Of a stretch of 32,000 bases of DNA, positions 17,427-24,515 are shown piece by piece. Both the position numbers and the translations under genes were made by a program. The stretch is from Candidatus Pelagibacter sp. HTCC7211. Its GTDB lineage: Bacteria > Pseudomonadota > Alphaproteobacteria > Pelagibacterales > Pelagibacteraceae. Below the pieces are notes generated by a model. It did no database searches. It was given only the letters and a program-made list of their open reading frames with translations, and had not been told where the DNA came from. The stretch is from the NCBI RefSeq assembly GCF_000155895.1, contig NZ_DS995298.1:960001-992000 (forward strand), given 5' to 3'. Each line of letters begins with the position of its first letter. Within the stretch, counting starts at the first letter, position 1.

Positions 17427-17544
17427 AGTAATAAATACTGTATTTTCTACCTGTAGTTTATTTTTAACAATAATTAAACAAAACTTATAAATTTTATTAA
17501 TAAAGTTTTAACATTTCCTAAAGAATTGAGGTGCATAAAATTGC

Positions 17545-18369
17545 ATGCTTATAAGTAATGTAAATAAATATTTTGGCAATAACCATGCCGTAAAAAATGT
17601 CTCATTTAAGGTTAATAAACCACAAATGATAGGAATTATTGGAAGATCAGGTGCAGGTAAATCTACTCTTCTAAGAATCATTAATCGACTAACAGATGCA
17701 ACAGATGGAAAAATAGAAGTCGATGGTCAAAATATATTAGAACTTAAAAGCAAAGAAAAAAGATCTTGGCAGAGAAATTGTGCAATGATTTTTCAACAAT
17801 TTAACTTAGTGCCAAGACTTGATGTATTAACAAATGTCATTTTAGGTAGATTAAATTATCAAGGTTCATTTAGGGCATCTTTAAAAATGTTTTCTCGTGA
17901 TGAAAGAGCTGATGCTTTGATTTTACTTAACAGCTTAGGTATGGCCAATACTGCTCTTCAAAGAGCAGAAACATTATCTGGGGGTCAACAACAACGTGTG
18001 GCTATATGCAGAGCATTAATGCAAAATCCTAAAATGATTTTGGCAGATGAACCTATAGCATCTTTAGACCCAATGAATGCTAGGATGGTTATGGAGTCAT
18101 TAAGAAAAATTCATGATGAAAAAAATTTAACCGTCATTTCAAACCTTCATACTCTAGATACAGCAAAAACTTACTGTGACAGAATTATTGGCATGAAAGA
18201 TGGTGCAGTTGTCTTTGATGATTTACCAGAAAAATTGTCAGATAAACTTGCAAGAGAAATTTATGGAGCAGAAGCAGATGAAGCTTTTGAACCACAAGTA
18301 ACATCAACTGAGCTTAAAACAAAAAATAATTTAAAAGAGATGTTGAAAAAAGAATTTGCAACTGCATGA
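17545..18369 (+). CDS. phnC: phosphonate ABC transporter ATP-binding protein
   Basis: The 274-aa product has Walker A GRSGAGKST, the FQQFNLVPRLDVLTNV block typical of PhnC, LSGGQQQRVAICRAL and ILADEP. Confidence 0.93.
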   Translation: MLISNVNKYFGNNHAVKNVSFKVNKPQMIGIIGRSGAGKSTLLRIINRLTDATDGKIEVDGQNILELKSKEKRSWQRNCAMIFQQFNLVPRLDVLTNVILGRLNYQGSFRASLKMFSRDERADALILLNSLGMANTALQRAETLSGGQQQRVAICRALMQNPKMILADEPIASLDPMNARMVMESLRKIHDEKNLTVISNLHTLDTAKTYCDRIIGMKDGAVVFDDLPEKLSDKLAREIYGAEADEAFEPQVTSTELKTKNNLKEMLKKEFATA

Positions 18370-18429
18370 GGTCAATAACTCATCGGTACAAATAGGTCGT
18401 TAGACTAAAATTAAAAAAAGGAGATAATT

Positions 18430-19380
18430 ATGTTTAATAAACTAACAAGAGTTATTGCACTTTTGGCTATGATAATGTTTGCAACTCAGGCTAATGCAGT
18501 AACTTACACAGGTCCAAAAATGGACTTAAGTAAATACCAACCAGAATTTAGAGTTGGTTTTTTAGGTGACGAAGCAGCTCAAGATATTATCGCTAGAAAT
18601 GAATGTTTCATGCCATATATCGAAGCAGCTTATGGTGTACCAGCAAAATTTTTTACATTTAAAGACTACGCTGGAACAATGGAGTCGATGCTAGGTGGAA
18701 ATCTAGATTATACATGGTTTGGTTCTTCTGGATATGCAGGTATGTATCTTAAAGATCCAACTGCTGTAGTGCCAGTTCTAACTAGAATGCAACCAACTGG
18801 AGACATGGGTTATTACTCAGTAGCAGTAGCAACTAAAAAATCTGGTATTAAATCAATGGAAGACCTAAAAGGTAAATCATTTGGTTGGGCTGACCCTAAC
18901 TCTACATCAGGTTTTTTAATTCCATCAATTGAATTAAAAGCTATGGGTATGGATCCAGATACATATTTTTCAAAAACACAGTTTTCTGGAGGACATGAAA
19001 ACAATGTATTAGCATTAATGAATGGAGATGTTGATGCTGCTGTAACATGGGTATCTGGTGTTGGTAGCTGGGAAGAAGGATATTCATCAGGGAATTTAAG
19101 AAAAATGGTTGATAAAGGGATTTTAAATATGGACGACATTGTTCAAATTTGGTCTTCAAAATTAATTCCTAATGGACCAATTGTAATGCCTACTTTTTTA
19201 CCTGTTAGAGCACACCAAGTAATGATTGGTTTAAAGCAATGGATACACGAAAACGATCCAAAGTGCAGTGAAAACGTTGCAAACGGTATCGTTAAAAAAT
19301 GGGTAGCTGTAGATCACTCTTTCTATGAATCAGTTGTAGCAGCAAGAAAAGCTAAAATTGAAGCACAAAAAAATAATTAA
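18430..19380 (+). CDS. phnD: phosphonate ABC transporter periplasmic substrate-binding protein
   Basis: The 316-aa product has a signal peptide (..MFATQANA) and the GWADPNSTSGFLIP block characteristic of PhnD. A good SD (AAGGAG) lies upstream. Confidence 0.9.
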   Translation: MFNKLTRVIALLAMIMFATQANAVTYTGPKMDLSKYQPEFRVGFLGDEAAQDIIARNECFMPYIEAAYGVPAKFFTFKDYAGTMESMLGGNLDYTWFGSSGYAGMYLKDPTAVVPVLTRMQPTGDMGYYSVAVATKKSGIKSMEDLKGKSFGWADPNSTSGFLIPSIELKAMGMDPDTYFSKTQFSGGHENNVLALMNGDVDAAVTWVSGVGSWEEGYSSGNLRKMVDKGILNMDDIVQIWSSKLIPNGPIVMPTFLPVRAHQVMIGLKQWIHENDPKCSENVANGIVKKWVAVDHSFYESVVAARKAKIEAQKNN

Positions 19381-19395
19381 TCAAGTACCCCATTT

Positions 19396-19436
19396 AGAGG
19401 CAAAGACTTAAAATCTTTGCCTCTAATTTTTTTTTT
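19396..19436 (+). terminator. intrinsic terminator/attenuator hairpin between phnD and phnE
   Basis: A perfect 11-bp stem (AGAGGCAAAGA at 19396-19406, TCTTTGCCTCT at 19414-19424) encloses a 7-nt loop. Two A residues follow, then a run of 10 T (19427-19436). The hairpin lies 16 nt after the phnD stop and ends 6 nt before the phnE ATG. Confidence 0.7.
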
Positions 19437-19442
19437 AAAATT

Positions 19443-20297
19443 ATGTCAAAAGCATTACCTGCAAACCTAGAACAAATTGAAGTTAATTTAAAAAAATTAA
19501 CAAATCAAAGAACTAGGTCCTCGTTACTTGGAATTGCAATTCTAATATTAGTTTTTTTTGGTGGTACCTTGGTATCATTAGAGGCAAATGCAGGATCTTT
19601 TGGAAGAGGTATAGCTAATTTTTTTAATTATCCTAGAGATTTATTTGTAGACACTTTTGAGATGGGATGGAAATATTGGCCAAGAGTTATTAAATACATT
19701 CCTGAATTAATTATAACTTTAAATATTGCTTTATTTTCAACTTCGATCGGATTTGTTTTGGCAGTTATTTTTGCAATCTTCTCAAGTAGAAATTTAATAA
19801 GAAATAAAAGGGTTATTCAATTTACAAAATTTTTTATGGATGTGACAAGATCATTTCCAACATTAATAATAGCAATGGTGTTTTTATATTTAATGGGTAA
19901 ATCATCTTTACCAGCAGTGATTGCCATAACAATACATACTGCAGGAGCACTTGGTAAATTATTCACGGAAGCTATAGAAAATTGTGATGGAAAACCTATT
20001 GAAGGTTTAAGTTCTGTTGGTGCAACTTGGACACAAAAGATAAGATTCTCAGTTCTTCCACAAGTGCTCCCTCTTTTTCTAAGTTATGGAATATTGAGGT
20101 TAGAAATAAATGTCAGAGAATCTACTATATTAGGTTTTGTTGGTGCAGGAGGAATTGGAGAAATGTTAGCAGCTTTAATTCAGTGGAATTATGGAGCTGA
20201 TGTTTTGGCTTGTATGTTCTTACTGGTTGGTACAATAATTGCATTAGATTATTTGTCTGCATATTGGAGACATAAATTAATTGGGGTAAATCAATGA
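19443..20297 (+). CDS. phnE: phosphonate ABC transporter permease (copy 1)
   Basis: The 284-aa polytopic protein has an EAA-like loop (EAIENCDGKPIEGLSSVGATWTQKIRFSVLPQV), typical of PhnE. Confidence 0.9.
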   Translation: MSKALPANLEQIEVNLKKLTNQRTRSSLLGIAILILVFFGGTLVSLEANAGSFGRGIANFFNYPRDLFVDTFEMGWKYWPRVIKYIPELIITLNIALFSTSIGFVLAVIFAIFSSRNLIRNKRVIQFTKFFMDVTRSFPTLIIAMVFLYLMGKSSLPAVIAITIHTAGALGKLFTEAIENCDGKPIEGLSSVGATWTQKIRFSVLPQVLPLFLSYGILRLEINVRESTILGFVGAGGIGEMLAALIQWNYGADVLACMFLLVGTIIALDYLSAYWRHKLIGVNQ

Positions 20298-21694
20298 GTT
20301 CTAGTTTAGCAATTGAAAGAGATAATATTCGAAAATTATTTCCTGACACATTTAAACAGGCCAGGAAGAGTAGATTAAAAGGCCAAATAATTTTTTTTCT
20401 TATTATGTTATATTTAATAGTAGGTTTTTTTACTCTAGACGTTGTTGATATTCCAAAAAAATGGAAACCACAAAATGCCGCTATGTTTGCTTTAGATACA
20501 TATGCGCACAAAGATCATGTAACAATGAAATGGGAAAATCATGATGATATTAAGATAGCTTTTGAAGGTAACTATAGAAGTGTTTATGGAAGAGACAATC
20601 TAGATAAATCAATTCCAGATTGGTTTTACAAAAATTCTGATAATGTTGGCAATGTAGTTGAATTTAATAATAAAGGTAAAGCAATATTATACAAAGATAG
20701 AGTAGAGATTGTAAATTTTCCTAAATATGAAAGAGATTTTACTATAAAATTAAATACTAATGGTAAACCTTACCTTGTTGGTTCAGAAGATTTAGCTGAA
20801 GACGATTTAAAGGGTTTTAGAATTACAGAAAACAGGGTTGAATTTAGACCAACTTTGTATGAGAGAATTCAAGTATATCCAAGAAAAGTTGAAATTCATC
20901 GTTACAGTATCGGATGGAAATATTTTTGGTTTGATTTCTCAAGTCCGTTAGAACCATATAGCTTTTTCGAAGCATTAGGTTTGACTTTTTCTAAAGAAAG
21001 AGTTGTTCCTGAAATGTCTAATTTAAAACTTTTCTTTACAGAAATTAAAGACAATGAAGCATTCATGCACGGTAGAGTTTGGTGGGCAATGCTCGAAACC
21101 ATAGTTATGGCTGTGCTAGGAACAATGTTTGCTACAGTGATGGCTCTACCCCTATCCTTTCTTGCGGCGTACAACGTTACACCCATTAAAGCTCTAAGAT
21201 TTACGTTGAGGAGATTATTTGACACTTTAAGAGGAATAGATTTTTTAATTTGGAGTTTAATATTTTTAAGAGCCTTTGGTCCAGGACCCTTTACTGGAAT
21301 TTTTGCAATTGGTTTTACCGATACAGGTACTTTAGGTAAATTGTATTCTGAAGCAATTGAAAATACCGAGAAGAAACAACAAGAAGGAGTTCAATCAACG
21401 GGGGCTAGTAAATTTCTACAACATAGATTTGGTATAATTCCTCAAATACTTCCTATTTTTGTATCACAATCCTTATACTATTTAGAGTCAAATACTAGAG
21501 GTGCTGTAATTATTGGAGCAATGGGTGCTGGAGGAATTGGGTTACAATTTTTAGGTGCACTAGGTACTGGAAATGATTTTGAAAATGTTGCCTACATGGC
21601 AATATTAGTTTTAGCAGTTGTAATATTTATGGATAGATTATCTGCTTGGCTTAGAAGAATATTAATTGGATCAGATCAATTAATTGTAAGGTAA
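20294..21694 (+). CDS. phnE: phosphonate ABC transporter permease (copy 2) with a large periplasmic insertion after TM1
   Basis: The 466-aa product has a C-terminal ~200 aa paralogous to copy 1 (EAIENTEKKQQEGVQSTGASKFLQHRFGIIPQI). After TM1 (residues ~31-48) the loop before the conserved LETIVMAVLGT block is ~215 aa, against ~45 aa in copy 1. There is an ATGA overlap with copy 1. Confidence 0.88.
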   Translation: MSSSLAIERDNIRKLFPDTFKQARKSRLKGQIIFFLIMLYLIVGFFTLDVVDIPKKWKPQNAAMFALDTYAHKDHVTMKWENHDDIKIAFEGNYRSVYGRDNLDKSIPDWFYKNSDNVGNVVEFNNKGKAILYKDRVEIVNFPKYERDFTIKLNTNGKPYLVGSEDLAEDDLKGFRITENRVEFRPTLYERIQVYPRKVEIHRYSIGWKYFWFDFSSPLEPYSFFEALGLTFSKERVVPEMSNLKLFFTEIKDNEAFMHGRVWWAMLETIVMAVLGTMFATVMALPLSFLAAYNVTPIKALRFTLRRLFDTLRGIDFLIWSLIFLRAFGPGPFTGIFAIGFTDTGTLGKLYSEAIENTEKKQQEGVQSTGASKFLQHRFGIIPQILPIFVSQSLYYLESNTRGAVIIGAMGAGGIGLQFLGALGTGNDFENVAYMAILVLAVVIFMDRLSAWLRRILIGSDQLIVR

Positions 21695-21767
21695 ATAAAA
21701 AAAAATCTTTATCAAATATTTTTTCTAAAAATTTTAATCTAAGAATTTAAAAAGATAAAAATCTATT

Positions 21768-22190
21768 TTACCAGAATTTCCACCAAGGTTTTTCATCCTT
21801 TGTTATCTCATTATTGTCAACAACAACTTTAGTTATAGATGGATCCTCTCCATCTACTAATCCTGCTCTAGCAGTTGTTTTAGCGTCTTCTAATTTTAGT
21901 TTTGCCTCAAAAACTCTATTTTCATTACACAATTTCATACCCTCTTTCATTAATGCTTCTGCCTCAGATGCTTTTTCGGGACTAGATCTTGAAATATCGT
22001 TTTTAACAGTGGCTCTTAACATAAGTACGCCAGAGTCTTCACAATTCCCTATTTCATTTTTAAATGTGTCCTCAGTGTTTTGTGAATAACTACTACCAGC
22101 TTGTTGTTCTGTTATTTTGACATGGTTGTCAGCTTGAGTAATAGAGATTGTGGATAAAGTTAATATAAATGAGATTAAGATTTTTTTCAT
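21768..22190 (-). CDS. hypothetical secreted/periplasmic protein (140 aa)
   Basis: A clear Sec signal peptide is present (MKKILISFILTLSTISITQA|DN). The mature part is acidic and helical-looking, with 2 Cys and a C-terminal KPWWKFW. I recognise no family. I prefer it over the antisense 91-aa ORF (21814-22089), which has no signal or motif. Confidence 0.6.
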   Translation of the reverse strand: MKKILISFILTLSTISITQADNHVKITEQQAGSSYSQNTEDTFKNEIGNCEDSGVLMLRATVKNDISRSSPEKASEAEALMKEGMKLCNENRVFEAKLKLEDAKTTARAGLVDGEDPSITKVVVDNNEITKDEKPWWKFW

Positions 22191-22244
22191 AATAATCTAT
22201 TAACTTACTTTTGTTAAAAAAATGTTAAAGAAATAAAAAATTTT

Positions 22245-23417
22245 ATGAAATATTTACCAGCATTCCTAATAGGTATATCGGTTACCTTTTGTTACAGCAG
22301 CTGCATGTACTTATTTTCAGCACTATTGTTAACTTGGGAAAATGAACTTGGTATTTCAAGAAGCAACTTAACTTTTATTTATTCTCTAGGCTTGGTTGTG
22401 CATAGTTTACTTTTACCTTTTCTTGGTAAGATTGTAGATAGAAATCTAAGTTTTCCAATGATGTGGATCAGTCCTATACTGTTAGGACTAAGTGTAATTT
22501 ATCTTTCATTAGTAGATACATATGGTGGATTTTTAGTTGCTTGGATACTTGTTAGTGCAACCTCTGGTGGTTGTCTTTACACGATACTTTTTAGCGTCAT
22601 TACTATTAATTTAAAATCAAAGGCTAAGACATCTATTGCAATTATTACTTTGTTTGCGGGATTTGCAAGCACATATACATTTCCTACTGCAACTTATTTA
22701 ACAGAACAATATGACTGGAGGTTTACTGTATTTATTTTTGGAATAATAAATATACTGATCAGTTCACCAGCTAATTATTTTGGTTTTAAAAATATAATTC
22801 GAAAAGAATTTAAAAATTTTGAAAAACAAAACAATCAAAATTCAAAGCTTAAAATAATACTTAAAGACTATAGGTTTTGGTTATTTAGTTTTTCATTGTT
22901 TGTTATTGGATTTAATATTGGTGCTATTACAACTCATGTAATTCCAATGTTACAGGAAAAAGGAATGAGTCTGTCCCTAGCTGTACTGACGGCATCAATG
23001 TTTGGACCTGGTCAAGTAATTGGAAGAATTTTGGTAATGATATTTGGAGGAAATAAATCAAATTTAAAATTATTTGTAATTTGTTTTTACTCGATGGTAG
23101 TTGGAATGATATTTTTATACTTTATAAATATTAATCATTACTTAGCATTTTTATTTGTTTTATTTAATAGTTCAGCATATGGCAGTATGGCTATTTTAAA
23201 ACCTTTGGTTCAAAATGATACTTTCGGCCAAAAAAACTTTGGCAATATTCATGGTATTTTAGCTTTGCAATATATGATTGGTAGTATTTTAGGTCCTTGG
23301 ATTGGTTCATTAGTTTGGAATATCGGAGGATACGACTTACTTATATTGGTATTTTTGATTTTAGCAATTATTGGGAACGTAACAGCTATTTTTCTAAACA
23401 AAAAAAAGTTTATTTAA
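22245..23417 (+). CDS. major facilitator superfamily transporter (12 TM), substrate unknown
   Basis: The 390-aa product has two six-helix halves separated by a K/N-rich cytoplasmic loop (RKEFKNFEKQNNQNSK). An MFS loop 2-3 motif, GKIVDR, is present. Confidence 0.8.
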   Translation: MKYLPAFLIGISVTFCYSSCMYLFSALLLTWENELGISRSNLTFIYSLGLVVHSLLLPFLGKIVDRNLSFPMMWISPILLGLSVIYLSLVDTYGGFLVAWILVSATSGGCLYTILFSVITINLKSKAKTSIAIITLFAGFASTYTFPTATYLTEQYDWRFTVFIFGIINILISSPANYFGFKNIIRKEFKNFEKQNNQNSKLKIILKDYRFWLFSFSLFVIGFNIGAITTHVIPMLQEKGMSLSLAVLTASMFGPGQVIGRILVMIFGGNKSNLKLFVICFYSMVVGMIFLYFININHYLAFLFVLFNSSAYGSMAILKPLVQNDTFGQKNFGNIHGILALQYMIGSILGPWIGSLVWNIGGYDLLILVFLILAIIGNVTAIFLNKKKFI

Positions 23418-23961
23418 AACTTCTTTCTACATATTTATAAAAATAATGTATGTTTGGAATTTCCAAATTTTTGACTTTAGCAAGGTCATCGTATTTTCTT
23501 AATCTAACTGCATCTTGCATAAAAGGTTGTTTAATAAAATCATTTGCTTCATCTGTAGAAAAACTTCCACCTTGAACATCTAAACTCTGTTTTGAAGCAA
23601 TAGATAAAGTATCATAATAACCTTTTTCACAATAAACCAAATATCTTTTAGCTGGCACATGTCCTTTAATTAATCTTGTAACATCTTCTGGAAAAAATCT
23701 AGAAAGAAAAAAAGATCCTGAATTTTCATGCTTTTTATCTATTCCTTTTTTTATGGCTTCTTTGTCATTATTAATTAAGTGACCAATATCATGGAATAGA
23801 GCTGCAGTAATGAAAAAATGGTTTTCATTGTTTTTTTTTGCCAACAATGCACATTGAATTGCATGTTCTAGTTGTGAAACTTTTTCATTTCCATATTGTT
23901 TGTTTGATCCAATTTCCTCTATAATTTTAAATAAATTGACAATATTTGATTTAATGTCCAT
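23410..23961 (-). CDS. PhnZ-like HD-domain protein (phosphonate-operon-associated HD family; possible diiron C-P oxygenase)
   Basis: The 183-aa product has blocks SQLEHAIQCA, AALFHDIGH, HENSGSFFL, IKGHVPAKRYL and LDVQGGSF. From my memory of PhnZ these match its metal-ligand blocks (QLEHxLQCA, AALLHDLGH, HExxGA, EGHVxAKRYL, QGGPM). No search was run. Confidence 0.65.
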   Translation of the reverse strand: MDIKSNIVNLFKIIEEIGSNKQYGNEKVSQLEHAIQCALLAKKNNENHFFITAALFHDIGHLINNDKEAIKKGIDKKHENSGSFFLSRFFPEDVTRLIKGHVPAKRYLVYCEKGYYDTLSIASKQSLDVQGGSFSTDEANDFIKQPFMQDAVRLRKYDDLAKVKNLEIPNIHYFYKYVERSFK

Positions 23962-23982
23962 TTTACTCTTTTAAATTAACAA

Positions 23983-24001
23983 TGTTTCAGTTTTATTACA
24001 A
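23983..24001 (-). promoter_or_regulatory. candidate Pho-box-like direct repeat pair (11-bp phasing)
   Basis: The minus strand reads TTGTAAT-AAAA-CTGAAAC (24001 down to 23984), compared with the E. coli Pho box CTGTCAT-AAAA-CTGTCAT. It lies in the divergent intergenic region between the PhnZ-like gene and arsC. Confidence 0.3.
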
Positions 24002-24059
24002 TTAAGATTTAGTGCTCATTAAGTATAGAAAAAATAATATATAGTAATAAAAGTTAAAA

Positions 24060-24515
24060 ATGAAAAAACTTTTATTTGTTTGTACTGGCAATTCTCATAG
24101 AAGCATATTGGCTGAAAGTGTAGTTAATAAATATCATAAAGATAAATTTATTGGTTACAGTGCGGGTAGCAAACCATCTGGAATAATTAATAAATATGTC
24201 ATTAAATATCTAAATGAAAATAATTTTGATACAAAAAATCTATCTTCTAAAAACTTTAATAAATTTTTGGATGATAAAACAATATTTGACCAGGTATTTA
24301 CTGTATGCAACAATGCTAGTGATGAAGTTTGTCCAGTCTGGCCATCTCCTGAAAAAATAGTTCATTGGGACATTGAGGATCCCGTTTATGTAATTAATGA
24401 TTTAGAAAAAAGTGATAAACCTAATAGAGAGGAACTAATTTCAATAGAAATACATAAAACTTATTCCAATTTAGAAACAAGAATTAATGATTGGATTAAA
24501 AATTATGAAAAATAG
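24060..24515 (+). CDS. arsC: arsenate reductase, LMW-PTP/thioredoxin-coupled type
   Basis: The 151-aa product has a CX5R P-loop (CTGNSHRS) and the downstream redox Cys pair (VCNNASDEVCPVWP), equivalent to C82/C89 of the thioredoxin-coupled ArsC class. Confidence 0.85.
   Translation: MKKLLFVCTGNSHRSILAESVVNKYHKDKFIGYSAGSKPSGIINKYVIKYLNENNFDTKNLSSKNFNKFLDDKTIFDQVFTVCNNASDEVCPVWPSPEKIVHWDIEDPVYVINDLEKSDKPNREELISIEIHKTYSNLETRINDWIKNYEK

Noticed and set aside
18813-19159. Two minus-strand ORFs (108 aa and 72 aa) inside phnD
   Set aside because: These are antisense shadow ORFs within a gene that has a clear signal peptide and PhnD motifs. Neither has motifs or start context. The relatively GC-richer phnD sequence simply lacks stop codons on the opposite strand.
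16716-19380. Sharp compositional contrast (phnF lines ~13-27% GC versus phnD lines ~38% GC by hand count) as evidence for separate horizontal origins
   Set aside because: The same contrast occurs between core genes (for example the Gly/Ala/Pro-rich Ldh_2 gene at ~40% against K/N-rich neighbours). It tracks amino-acid composition and probable expression level. Hand-sampled lines are not a valid statistical test.
20125-20511. 128-aa minus-strand ORF spanning the phnE/phnE2 junction
   Set aside because: It lies antisense to two well-supported permease genes joined by an ATGA overlap. Its composition is not protein-like (many rare residues, no TM or motif pattern).
20902-21225. 107-aa minus-strand ORF inside phnE2
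   Set aside because: It is an antisense shadow ORF, and the plus-strand frame carries the conserved PhnE TM2-TM3 blocks.
21695-21767. Possible bidirectional terminator between convergent phnE2 and the secreted-protein gene (ATCTTTATC ... GATAAAAAT)
   Set aside because: The arms are imperfect (1 mismatch in 9), almost pure A/T, and separated by a ~40-nt loop. That is not a credible stable hairpin.
21814-22089. 91-aa plus-strand ORF opposite the 140-aa secreted protein gene
   Set aside because: The minus-strand ORF is longer, starts with a textbook Sec signal peptide and fills the gap between neighbours. The plus-strand ORF is S/A/L-rich with no start context.
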